Positions 29,596 to 41,092 of a stretch of DNA of 64,000 nt are shown here, piece after piece (position 1 is the first letter of the stretch; each line of letters begins with the position of its first letter). Both the position numbers and the translations under genes were made by a program. The stretch comes from Fimbriosthenelais zetlandica. Lineage: Eukaryota. The notes below the pieces were generated by a model. The model was not told the origin of the DNA. It searched no databases and saw only the letters and a program-made list of their open reading frames with translations. The stretch spans positions 22,630,001 to 22,694,000 of the forward strand of contig OZ365114.1 of assembly GCA_977030845.1 (NCBI GenBank), written 5' to 3'.

Positions 29596-30260
29596 GGTTT
29601 TTTTCCCTGGAAGATTTCCATTCACCCCTGCTCCCCCTGGTGGTAGGAAATGGTGGGAGGAACGAGCAGCGCGGTAGGAGGAACGACCAGCGGGTATAGG
29701 CCTCATGATATTCATGAATAAAGAACAAGAAAATGAAATATATGTTTGTTGCATTTTATTAGACCTTCGTACAATGCTGAAATAAAAGCAATGCCACTAG
29801 TGGCCACTAGGGGTACTAGGAGGGTTGTGGCATTGGATGCAGAGAAGGGAGAGAGCGGGGAAGGAATAAGGGGACAGGGGAAGAGTAAACAAAGAGGCCA
29901 GGGACATAGTTCATCTAGTCCCCGCTAGATCATATCTCTACAGTCGCGCTGGCTTGGTTCTTCCATAGAGTTCAAAGCTATAGTAGCATAGTTCAGCCTT
30001 CTCCCACATCATATTTCGGGTCGCTACAATCGCGCTGGGTTGCTCCATCCATAGAGTTCAATGCTATAGTAGCATAGTTCAGCGTTCTCCCACATCATAT
30101 CTCGGGTCGCTATAGTAAGACACTGGCCTGGAACGCCAGAGACCAGGGTTCGATTCCCTGCCTGGCAAATCGTTTTTGATTGCCACCTGGATCGCTACGC
30201 ATGTATGTGGCTTATAGTGTTGATATGGGCTTTGTTTTTTTTGGACAAATATGCGGTGTG

Positions 30261-30331
30261 TGCGCGGTAGTCTAGAGGTAAGACACTTGCATGGATCGCG
30301 AGAGACCGGGGTTCGACTCTGTGTCCATTAA
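30261..30331 (+). pseudogene. tRNA-like module, third variant
   Basis: TAGTCTAGAGGTAAGACA-CTTGC-ATGGATC-GCGAG-AGAC-CGGGG-TTCGACT, then TTTTTT. Copies at 30782-30852 and 34521-34591. Confidence 0.7.
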
Positions 30332-30390
30332 ACGTTTTTTCGCTGCTCCCTACAGTGGAAGTGCAATACAGTTATGGTTTCCCAAAAGAA

Positions 30391-30461
30391 TTGCCAGGCA
30401 GGGAATCGAACCCGGGTCTCTGGCGTTCCAGGCCAGTGTCTTAACCCTGGCCTACCTGGGG
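30391..30461 (-). pseudogene. tRNA-like module, second variant
   Basis: TAGGCCAGGGTTAAGACA-CTGGC-CTGGAAC-GCCAG-AGAC-CCGGG-TTCGATT-CCCTG with a 5-bp acceptor remnant CCAGG/CCTGG. Copies at 30923-30993 (-) and 34364-34434 (+); partials at 30114-30168 and 30667-30690. Confidence 0.7.
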
Positions 30462-32333
30462 CGACTTGATATAATGCTACGGCCAAAGGGTGAACTAGCT
30501 TACTATTATGGTATCTTGCTTCATTGCGCAGGTGCTCAGGCCAGGCGCGGGGACACTTCCGCCACTCACGATTGGAATCAAGCTAAACATGAAATAGAGG
30601 AGGGTGTCATTTTCCGTCGGACAAGGACGTGAACAATCCGTGTCACCACTCTGATTTCGAAAATCTCAGGGTTCGATTCCCTGCCTGGCAAATCGTTTTT
30701 GATTGCCACCTGGATCGCCACGCATGTATGCGGCTTATAGTGTCGATATGGGCTTTGTTTTTTTGACTAACATGCAGTGTGTGCGCGGTAGTCTAGAGGT
30801 AAGACACTTGCATGGATCGCGAGAGACCGGGGTTCGACTCTGTGTCCATTAAACGTTTTTTCGCTGCTCCCTACAGTAGAAGTGCAATATAGTTAACATT
30901 GGCCTATGGTTTCCCAAAAGAATTGCCAGGCAGGGAATCGAACCCGGGTCTCTGGCGTTCCAGGCCAGTGTCTTAACCATGGCCTACCTGGGGCGACCTG
31001 ATATAATGCTACGGCCAAAAGGTGAACTAGCTTACTATTATGGTATCTTGCTTCATTGCGCAAGTGCCCGGATCAGGCGCTCGCATACTTCCGCCGCTTA
31101 CGACTAGAATCAAGCTAAACATGAAATAGAGGAGGGTGTCATTTTCCGTCGGACAAGGACTTGAACAATCTGTGTCACGACTCTGATTTCGAAAATCTTT
31201 AATATCTCGGCAACCACTGGGTCTTTATAAGAAATTCAAAATGGAAAATCTTAGTTGGGAAAATGTCTAGAGGGTGGTATAGGAAATAAATGCTGAAACA
31301 GCTTCTAAAAATTTCGATTTTCAAAATGTTGCTAATTTCACCAGGTGTCCCGACTCCAGCACCGTTTCCAATCCAAGGCTCTGATCTCAGCTGAATAAGC
31401 ATAGTTCACCGTTCTGCCGCATCATATCTCGGGTGCGCTACAGTCGCGCTGGCTTGGTCCTTCCATAGAGTTCAATGCTATATAGTAGCATAGTTCAGCG
31501 TTCTCCCACATCATATCTCGGGTGCGCTACAGTCGCGCTGGTTTGGTCCTTCCATAGAGTTCAATGCTATAGGCCTCTATGACGATTAGCTCTGTAGTAT
31601 ACCAGTGTAACAAATATGCGGAACAGGGGCGCCCTCATATGGGGGAAGGTACACTTTGCGAGGAGGCGAGTCTTGTCTCTCGGGTTCTATGGCGTGACAG
31701 GCGAGCTAGATCCTAGTCATAGTAGCATAGTTCAGCGTTCTGCCGCATCATAATTATCTCGGGTCGCTAAGTATGGAAGGACCAAGCCAACGCGACTGCA
31801 GCGACCCGAGATATGATATGGGAGAACGCTGAACTATGCTACTATATAGCATTGAACTCTATGGAAGGACCAAGCCAGCGCGACTGTAGCGCACCTGAGA
31901 TATGATGCGGCAGAACGGTGAACTATGCTTATTCGGCTGAGATCAGAGCCTTGGATTGGAAACGGTGCTGCAGTCGGGACACCTTGTGAAATTAGCAACA
32001 TTTTGAAAATCGAAATTTTTAGAAGCTGTTTCAGCATTTATTTCCTATACCACCCTCTAGACATTTTCCCAACTAAGATTTTCCATTTTGAATTTCTTAT
32101 AAAGACCCAGTGGTTGCCGAGATATTAAAGATTTTCGAAATCAGAGTCGTGACACAGATTGTTCAAGTCCTTGTCCGACGGAAAATGACACCCTCCTCTA
32201 TTTCATGTTTAGCTTGATTCTAGTCGTAAGCGGCGGAAGTATGCGAGCGCCTGATCCGGGCACTTGCGCAATGAAGCATGAAACCATAATAGCTTCATTG
32301 ATTGTTATTGTCAGACTGAGGCACAGACCTGTA

Positions 32334-32404
32334 CACAACGTAGTCTAGTGGTAAGACACTGGCCTACAACGCCAGAGACCCGGGTTCGATTCCCGGTCTA
32401 AGCC
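32334..32404 (+). pseudogene. tRNA-like module (Gly/Asp-like architecture), broken acceptor stem
   Basis: A box TAGTCTAGTGG, D stem GTCT/AGAC, anticodon stem CTGGC/GCCAG, T arm CCGGG-TTCGATT-CCCGG, then TTTTT. Related copies at 32657-32727 (-) and 33807-33877 (+). Confidence 0.75.
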
Positions 32405-34965
32405 TACATTTTTCTGCACCATAAGTCGGTACATAATTATTTATTCGGTTCCAATATACATAATTATATAGCTTAAATATATGTCCAAGCTTAGATATAT
32501 TCATATATCTGGATTTCGGCTTTGCGGTGTCTCATCTTCCTGTCCTCTTCCTTCCCTACACACAATACCACACCCCTTCAGCGCACCTCAATCTGGCTCA
32601 GCGAAGCTCCATGCCTAAATAATTATGTAGTGACCTCTATGGAGCAGGAAAACGGGGGTTTCGACTGGGAATCGAACCCGGGTAGCCGGCGTTGCAGGCC
32701 AGTGTCTTACCACTAGACTATGTTGTGTACAGGTCTGTGCCTCAGTCTGACAATAACAATCATTGAAGCTATTATGGTTGCATGCTTCACTGCGCAAGTG
32801 CCCGGATCAGGCGCTCGCATACTTCCGCCGCTTACGACTAGAATCAAGCTAAACATGAAATAGAGGAGGGTGTCATTTTCCGTCGGACAAGGACGTGAAC
32901 AATCTGTGTCACGACTCTGATTTCGAAAATCTTTAATATCTCGGCAACCACTCGGTCTTTTAAAGAAATTCAAAATGGAAAATCTTAGTTTGGAAAATGT
33001 CTAATGGGTGGTATAGGAAATAAATACTGAAACTGCTTCTAAAAATTTCGATTTTCAAAATGTTGCTAATTTCACAAGGTGTCCCGACTCCAGCCCCGTT
33101 TCCAATCCAAGGCTCTGATCTCAGCTGAATAAGCATAGTTCATCGTTCTGCCGCATGATATCTCAGGTGCGCTACAGTCGCGCTGGCTTGGTCCTTCCTT
33201 CCGACCTCTGCGCTAATCGTCATATAGGCCTATAGCATTGAACTCTATGGAAGGACCAAACCAGCGCGACTGTAGCGCACCCGAGATATGATGTGGGAGA
33301 ACGCTGAACTATGATACTATAGCATTGAACTCTATGGAAGGACCAAGCCAGCGCAACTGTAGCGCACCCGAGATATGATGCGGCAGAACGGTGAACTATG
33401 CTTATTCAGCTGAGATCAGAGCCTTGGATTGGAAACGGTGCTGCAGTCGGGACACCTTGTGAAATTAGCAACATTTTGAAAATCGAAATTTTTAGAAGCT
33501 GTTTCAGCATTTATTTCCTATACCACCCTCTAGACATTTTCCCAACTAAGATTTTCCATTTTGAATTTCTTATAAAGACCCAGTGGTTGCCGAGATATTA
33601 AAGATTTTCGAAATCAGAGTCGTGACACAGATTGTTCAAGTCCTTGTCCGACGGAAAATGACACCCTCCTCTATTTCATGTTTAGCTTGATTCTAGTCGT
33701 AAGCGGCGGAAGTATGCGAGCGCCTGATCCGGGCACTTGCGCAATGAAGCATGAAACCATAATAGCTGCATTGATTGTTATTGTCAGACTGAGGCACAGA
33801 CCTGTACACAACGTAGTCTAGTGGTAAGACACTGGCCTGCAACGCCAGCGACCCGGGTTCGATTCCCAGTCGAAACCCCCGTTTTCCTGCTCCATAGAGG
33901 TCACTACATAATTATTTAGGCATGGAGCTTCGCTGAGCGAATAAATTTCGAAGACAAGTGGAAGAACAAGTAATAAAACGAAATAAATCAAATCAATCCA
34001 AATAAATTATTTTATTTCTTTTATTGAATCATACATACTTTCTTTTATTGAATCATACATACATACAAGGCATATAGACTAAAGTAGCATAGTTCAGCGT
34101 TCTCCCACATCATATTTCGGGTCGCTACAGTCACGCTGGCTTGCTCCTTCCATAGAGTCCAATGCTATAGGCCTCTGCGCCAATCGCCATATAGGCCTTC
34201 GTTCATCCACCACCTGAGGGCGCCACTGTGCCAGACTTTCAGCTGAGATCGGAGCCTTGGATTGGAAATGTGTCCCCGCGCCTGGCCTGAGCAGCTGCGC
34301 AATGAAGCTTGAGACCATAATAGTAAGCTAGTTCACCTTTTGGCCTCACCATATCTCGGCTCGCTCCAAGTAGGCCAGGGGTAAGACACTGGCCTGGGAC
34401 GCCAGAGACCAGTGTTCGATTCCCTGCCTGGCAAATCGTTTTTGATTGCCACCTGGATCGCTACGCATGTATGCGGCTGATAGTGTTGATATGGGCTTTG
34501 TTTTTTTGACAGACCGTGTGCGCGCGGTAGTCTAGAGGTAAGACACTTGCATGGATCGCGAGAGACCGGGGTTCGACTCTGTGTCCATTAAACGTTTTTT
34601 CGCTGCTGCCTACAGTGGAAGTGCAATATACTGTAGTTAACATTGGCCTATGGTTTCCCAAAAGGGCGCGAAGTTCAAGGGTATAGGCCTGCCATCTTTA
34701 ATAGGCGGCCAACAGGCGAACTACATTAGGACCTCCGCCAGAGCCACTGCCAACAGCTACCGCCACCACCACACTACAGCGGGCAGTACAGGAACTACAG
34801 CAGAAAAGATGCTGCACATGAACAATACAATTTACACTCTTTGATAATTTCGTGATTTTAAAAATAAATTCATTATAGTTTGGCAAGATAGATTGGTGTT
34901 TATCTCGCCGGATGAGTTTTATTCTGCTCGTGTATGATCCTCATGATAAGAATACAAAGTTCTAG

Positions 34966-35064
34966 ATTTCTAGTCACACCCAATGCTTGTAATTTTAACA
35001 GTCCTTTACATCTAGCTAAGGCTAAGCACTGACAAAATTACAAGCATTGGTTGTGACTAGAAAT
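34966..35064. repeat. ~100-nt hairpin
   Basis: 31-bp arms ATTTCTAGTCACACCCAATGCTTGTAATTTT and its complement with one mismatch. Confidence 0.8.
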
Positions 35065-35353
35065 ATAGTTTCGCACGGCTATCACTTGGAGAATGGCCTG
35101 TATAATTATGTGCCCCAGGATGTAACCAACAATTTATGCGTTAACATACATGTAGAATACACACATACATGTAGATTTAAAGGGTCTATTCAATAATGAT
35201 TTTTGGTCTGTCTCTACTATATGGAGTAGCTTGATAATCCACTGTGAACATGGTAGGGCTTCAATACCGCCTCTGTTGTATAGTTACATCTTCCGAGACA
35301 ATTTGTTACATAGGGCAATGGAAAATACATATTTATGATTTCATATTTCACAA

Positions 35354-37186
35354 TTATATGTTGAATAGTCTCATGCTTCGCTGGATACTTGTTGTCGGGT
35401 CGTGGTCTGCATCTGACTGAGATACAGCAGACATGGTTAAAGTCTTCGTTCCTCGAGTGGTTATTACATCTTTATCATTGTTTTCTTTCCTACTTTGTTT
35501 CTGAGTCTTTTTTGCAGGGACCTTACCGCCCCCACCCATGCCCTTCAATTTTAGATTTTTGGGTGACATTAATAAATCTCGGTTTTCTGTTTTCACTTGT
35601 TTAGATCTCTGACGTTCTGGTTGTATTGATCCCATGGCAATGGCTGAATCTGCAGCGTCTGAGGATCCCTTCTTGTTGGTGGCTGCAGTAACCTTGTGAG
35701 ATGTACCACTAGATGGTTTGCTATCACTGCCATCTGGTGCTGAAGTGGGTCTTGAGGAAAACTCAGTTGTGAGATAGCTGGCAATGCTCCTTCTCGACTT
35801 GAAGCTAATGTTGCTCAGCCTGGACTTTGACACTGGTTTTGTCATTTTGAGAGAATGACTGGGTGGCTCAGAGGCCTTTCTATGGATCTTATGACCTTTG
35901 CTTTTACCACCTGTGTCCTCACCTGAAGTGGTAGTTGTTGGTGGAATCTTGGAGCTAGCACTTGTAGTGGCTTCTTCCATTACCTCCTCACTACAAGGTC
36001 CCAAGTGTCTCACATTCCTGGCCACCTGTCGTGATTTTCCTTTTAATGATGATTCTGTGAGGTGCTTTTCATTCCTTTGTAAAACACGGAGAAAATCAGG
36101 TGTGAATATACTGTCTGGGGAAAGAATGTCGATAGCTCTCTTTTCACAGAATGATTCAGTGGTATTTTCTAAATCTTCATCTCGTCCTCCTCTCATTTCC
36201 TGCTCTCTTTTCTTTGCTTCAAGGTTAGAATTGTTTAATGTGTTTCGTGCACCCCGTGGACTTTTCAACTCATAAAGAGATTCAGTAGATTCTAAAACAT
36301 AGTCCTGGACACCGTGGCCCTTTTGAGACGTTAATGGGTGGCCATTGTCCGGAGTGTTGACTAACCTTTTCTTGTTTTCACTCCAATGTGGACTTTTTAT
36401 GACAGGTAATGTGATTGTGGTACCGCTGCAGTCAGACGCAGCATAGCTCGATGCTGTCTTATTTTCTTTTCCCTTTTCTACATATTTCCTCATTGTCTTA
36501 TGATCGTAACATTCTCTGGCATCATACTTGCTTTTGTATTCCTTATAAGGCCATCCCTTGACATTAGCCTTGGCTTGGAATTCCCTAAATTTGAATTTTT
36601 GGTGACCAAACTCATATGATGATATAGGAGTGACCCTGTTTCCGTACTCGTCCAAGATATCATAAAATGCTGAAGGTTGAAATTCCTTTTTTATTTTCTT
36701 CTCAGATCTCTTTGACTTGTTGTTTTTTGAAATAGGGATATTAATGTCCCATTTTTGTATTTTGGTGATCCTTACTCTTTGGCTTTTTTTCCAGTTTTGT
36801 TTCAGTGGGGGCAAAACGTGCCTTCCACACACCGACCCCTCCATATTAAGAAACGATTTTGTTCTTTTCAATTTAGTTTCATGATCACTTTTTTCCTTCA
36901 TTAAGGAGCCCGGATCACTTCTGTAGGTCCTTTTCGGTTGATTTCCCTCGTGTTTAATATGCATATTCCTATATATGAGTCCATTTTCCTCATCATCTAT
37001 CCCACCATTTTCTTTTAGCGTGTTCCCTTGTGGCCTTCCTACAATTGCGTTCTTCAAATAAGATTTATTCTGGCTTTCAACCGTGTAAGTTCCCCCTCTT
37101 CCTGAAGGCAGACTGTCGTCTGTTTCCTGGGAAGAGGCAACTAAAGACACATCAGAAAAGGTATCGGTTTCGTCCTCCCCGTCCAT
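35354..37186 (-). CDS. Uncharacterised 610-aa Lys/Ser/Arg-rich, probably disordered protein (single large exon or terminal exon)
   Basis: 1833-bp open frame in AT-rich DNA with AAGATGG start context. A candidate AATAAA lies on the minus strand at 34918-34923. No recognisable domain. Confidence 0.7.
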   Translation of the reverse strand: MDGEDETDTFSDVSLVASSQETDDSLPSGRGGTYTVESQNKSYLKNAIVGRPQGNTLKENGGIDDEENGLIYRNMHIKHEGNQPKRTYRSDPGSLMKEKSDHETKLKRTKSFLNMEGSVCGRHVLPPLKQNWKKSQRVRITKIQKWDINIPISKNNKSKRSEKKIKKEFQPSAFYDILDEYGNRVTPISSYEFGHQKFKFREFQAKANVKGWPYKEYKSKYDARECYDHKTMRKYVEKGKENKTASSYAASDCSGTTITLPVIKSPHWSENKKRLVNTPDNGHPLTSQKGHGVQDYVLESTESLYELKSPRGARNTLNNSNLEAKKREQEMRGGRDEDLENTTESFCEKRAIDILSPDSIFTPDFLRVLQRNEKHLTESSLKGKSRQVARNVRHLGPCSEEVMEEATTSASSKIPPTTTTSGEDTGGKSKGHKIHRKASEPPSHSLKMTKPVSKSRLSNISFKSRRSIASYLTTEFSSRPTSAPDGSDSKPSSGTSHKVTAATNKKGSSDAADSAIAMGSIQPERQRSKQVKTENRDLLMSPKNLKLKGMGGGGKVPAKKTQKQSRKENNDKDVITTRGTKTLTMSAVSQSDADHDPTTSIQRSMRLFNI

Positions 37187-40159
37187 CTTGGTAGGTTATT
37201 GTATTCCGATTGATACAATATTATTGCTTAGCAATACATAATATCAAGCAATATTTCTTAACTGTCTTGAGGGGTAGACTCCATCGACGTAACAAAAAAC
37301 ATAAATACTCCACGCGTCTAGTTGACAGTATTCCATGCAGCTACCAGCTGGGATTCTCCTTGTTCTTTCTGAAAAGATACATTGTATATTGTATTGTGTG
37401 TCGTCTATCCCTTCTATGCCATTATTTGGTTGTAGATTTTCGTACATGACACAGATCTAGCTGTAGCTGAAGTTTGGATTAACGTTAGATTAATTCCAGT
37501 AATCCCATGTCCAAGGCTATTCCATTGGTTATGTTAATACATGTATACTAAAACCTCTGGGTATAATGCTTATGGTTATGATGGACCAGATGGCAATGAG
37601 CTTACTATTAATACTATACATTTAGATTTTAGGATATAAGAGGATTTGAGAAACTCATAGTGCTTTGATCTCTGATCACATGTATGTTCAACTGTTGTTG
37701 TGAATGGTAACACTAACTTAGAATGGCAACGTAGAGAGCAGTGAAAATATTTGTGACGGATTATTTTGTATGCTCTAGAAAATATGGCTTAACGTAAGGA
37801 CATTGATTAAACTGAGGACATTGATTAAACTGCATGTCTAAACGACACGTCAGGTTAATGTTATTTTGTAACTCATCAAACTATCAATGTTAGTGTCACT
37901 TCAAAATGACGACACACTACTCAAAGAATAATCTCAGTTGTGGACACCCAGTTTACAACCATGCCAAATACAGTCAGAAACAGATGATACTCGAAAGAAA
38001 CAGAACACCTTCCTATCAGTATCAGAAAATAGGTGTCATCAGCAGCTAGCTGATTACCATGTGACAGACTTTCCCCATCTGATTTTAATACTATGGATCG
38101 TATCTCAACGAGAAACAAAATCCATATAACCCATCTACTCCAATGGAATAAATTAATGTACGCTGAAACAACATCACAACCACCATGTCCTTTTTAAAAA
38201 TAGTTCCAGTAAACGCCACTGTCGCTATGAGTGGCGTGCTAGTGCAGTGGGTCTTTCCAGTTCCGGTCATTACAATGTTGTACATCTTGGCACGCTTAAG
38301 AACTCGTTAGGGGACAGGAGAACTGAACACAGATTGTCATCAACCCACGATAACACCTACAAAGAAAATGAAACATTTCACAAGTAAATTATATACGGGG
38401 GATCAAAATGATTTAACTCTCATCACAGATTATGGGTAAAGACATTTGGGTTAAATTTTGTGAAACACCCACACAGTTTCTTATTGTCTTGATTTGGAGT
38501 GCTGGAGGGACCGGTGAGACGTGCGATCTGGGTGGTTCACTAACGCCTGAAATGAAGCAATCTTGAGACGGGAGGTGAGTGGAGAAGTAAAGCGGGGAAG
38601 GCGGGAAGGTTGCAATGAGGTGGGAGCATTGAGGGTAAAGACTGGGCCTCAACCTATGCATCTTCAATGAGGCCTCAGATGGGTGGGCCCCTGTTCCAAC
38701 GGAATAGTTCCATCATACCAATCTGAGGAATGTTCTGAAAACTGACATGGTAATTCTCTAGTTCTATTGGCTTTGTGGGCACATTTGCATCTTCCTTCTT
38801 TTCAAACCTAATGAATAGCATCTGTATTCGCTGCTTTGGGACGTGTGCTGCTTTCATTTGCAAAGGAGAAAATTTCTTATGAGCAGCGAAAAACATTTGA
38901 ATTGTCGTTTAATTAATTGACGGGGAAGCAGCTAGGATCCTCCGTGGCCGTGGGGTGATATACTACCGTCGTGCAGCTTTTAATGAGAATTATCTGAGTA
39001 TTATATTACTTACAACAACAGTGAAACACTCCCTTAACACTTAATACATTTTTAGATCACAAAATACATTTATACGCTGGATGGTTGAGAGTGGATGCTT
39101 AGCGAGAAAATTTTAACAGGTCCCTCACATTTTAATGTAATTAATACTGCTGTGGTTATTGTTTATCTTCAACAGATTTCTCATCTGCCTGAAAGTACTG
39201 CGGCATGATTCAAATTTCCCGATTGCATGACAAGTTTCAATTTAGAGAGATACGAATGAATTAGGATCGATTTGAATCACAAGGTTATGAGCTTAGCCTT
39301 TCGAGATGATTAAAGTGAATTACACAATAATGATTGAATGACAATTGAATTTTTCTGTGGGTGGAAACTGTAGACCACTGCCCTTCTGTTATCTACAAAG
39401 TCATTTCACAGATAACGCAGTACCGAGTTAGCAGATTTATAATACATTACGCTGCAAGTGAAGTAAAAAGAAACACGCTTAAAATTGGATATTTGTTACT
39501 AAAAAGGTGTTTTTATATTCAATAACCTTTCCAAGAGCCCGTTGTATGAATTCATCCTCTTCATTTTGGTACAACTGCATGAGGCACCAGTGAATCCAGT
39601 CCAAACAACGATCAACACAGTGCTCTGTACATCATATTGGACAGTTAAAACTGTCTTACATTTAAACTAAGGAAAACATGATGATACTTTGATTTACTTC
39701 TCTATAACCCAGTCGTACTTTTTAGAGCATAACAACAACGTAGGCGATGGAATTTAAAAATCATTCTACTGTAATAGAAATGTACAAATGTGTGAATATA
39801 ATGTACTTGAGTTTTTCCAGCATCACTTCCTAAATACCATATCTGGGATGGACTATAGGTATCAAATTTTGACCATATGAATGCACTATCCTGAAGAAAT
39901 CTGATGGGATTTGAAAATGTCAGGAAAAATCAATCACATCCATTCTGGGGACTTTTTGCATCATTCTAAATAATATTCCTTATAACACTATAAAGACAAT
40001 CTCAATGCCTTCCTTTGACGGGTAAATTATGAAGTCTCTTGTTTCACATCTTCCACATAAAAACGACCAGGTACGCACCAGATATACCATTCTATTAAAT
40101 TCATGTAAATCCTCACACACATGATCACACAGCACCCTTAATAACCATTGATAGAGAAC

Positions 40160-40975
40160 TCATGATAATGACAGAAATATTGTTCCTATTATGAGAGCAG
40201 TTATTAAACACAGGTCTGCACTGGCCCATTTTGATGTGGCCTTATTTTTCCACACACTCCGAGTCCGTGACTTTTGAACTGTTTGCTTACTGGGGGGTTT
40301 AGTGGGTTGTGGAGGAGGTCGACTGGTTTTTTCTTTCGTCCTCGTTTTTGTCCTTTTCGGTGATATTGTCCTGCCACTTTTGGGCTTCAAATTCTTCCTC
40401 CTCGACCCATCCCTGCTACACCTCCCTTTCCACCATTTCTGTCTGAATTTGTCCACCATTCCATTGTCCAGCAATGTTTGTAATGCTCTGTTAATGCGGT
40501 TCTTCAAACGTGAATTTTTCTGCACTGCGAAAGCATAATAAGTCGGGTTTAGAAACTCATCGAACATCATAAGATCACATGGTTTCTGATTCACAAGATA
40601 TTCAGCAAAAGTGCTCTCAAGAAAAAAGACATATTTCCCTTTGGATTCTCTCACTCTCTGTACACCTTTGGCAGAAGTCCATTCAAACACACTCTCATTT
40701 CTTTCGCTCGATTTGAGCATTGTTCTCCACATACGTTTGTAAGTTGTGTCATTTGTGGTTTGAAAAAACCTATAGGTCAGACTGCCTGGAATGCAGCCAT
40801 ATTTAATTTCACTTTGGTTAGCGAGATCTCTTGGGTGGCGGATTGGTGGGGCTTTGCCTGATGATGGCTTGCGCATGATGGTAGCAATGCCTGCCTGCAT
40901 GAAAGGTAAAGTAAAATCCACAACTTCCTCCCTCCATGGCAACACACTCAATGCTCCTGCTGCAACATCAGCTTC
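40160..40975 (-). CDS. Last coding exon of an iGluR-derived ligand-binding-domain protein (end of S1, S2, basic stalk, hydrophobic tail)
   Basis: Acceptor tttcag|GAA GCT at 40975. AMPA/kainate-type motifs REEVVDFTLPF, KYG, MWRTM, GKYVFFLEST, KPCD, KWWKGRC. TGA at 40160-40162. Confidence 0.92.
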   Translation of the reverse strand, partial: EADVAAGALSVLPWREEVVDFTLPFMQAGIATIMRKPSSGKAPPIRHPRDLANQSEIKYGCIPGSLTYRFFQTTNDTTYKRMWRTMLKSSERNESVFEWTSAKGVQRVRESKGKYVFFLESTFAEYLVNQKPCDLMMFDEFLNPTYYAFAVQKNSRLKNRINRALQTLLDNGMVDKFRQKWWKGRCSRDGSRRKNLKPKSGRTISPKRTKTRTKEKTSRPPPQPTKPPSKQTVQKSRTRSVWKNKATSKWASADLCLITALIIGTIFLSLS

Positions 40976-41092
40976 CTGAAATGTAGACAACAATGTTATT
41001 AAAATATCAGTAATTGCTTCTCATGCTTTCTCAAGTTTTACATTCCTATTTGGCTTAATTTATTTGAGAGAAAAGGAATAGATGTCACATAC

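Larger units (their letters stand above)
29930..34670. repeat. Complex mosaic of tRNA-like modules, ~80-bp tandem units and a ~500-bp block in alternating orientation
   Basis: Block copies at about 31050-31556 (+), 31772-32278 (-), 32783-33199 (+) and 33229-33750 (-), with partial or deleted copies at 30515-30663 and 34220-34330. The unit TAGCATAGTTCAGCGTTCTCCCACATCATATCTCGGGT...CCATAGAGTTCAATGCTA is repeated in both orientations. Confidence 0.9.

Noticed and set aside
31199-33601. Repeated 67-aa ORFs (MLIQLRSEPW...)
   Set aside because: Products of the repeated non-coding block on both strands; no coding evidence.
29930-34670. CRISPR-like repeat array or functional tRNA gene cluster
   Set aside because: Eukaryotic context, long units in mixed orientation and no unique spacers. 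The tRNA-like modules lack complete acceptor stems.
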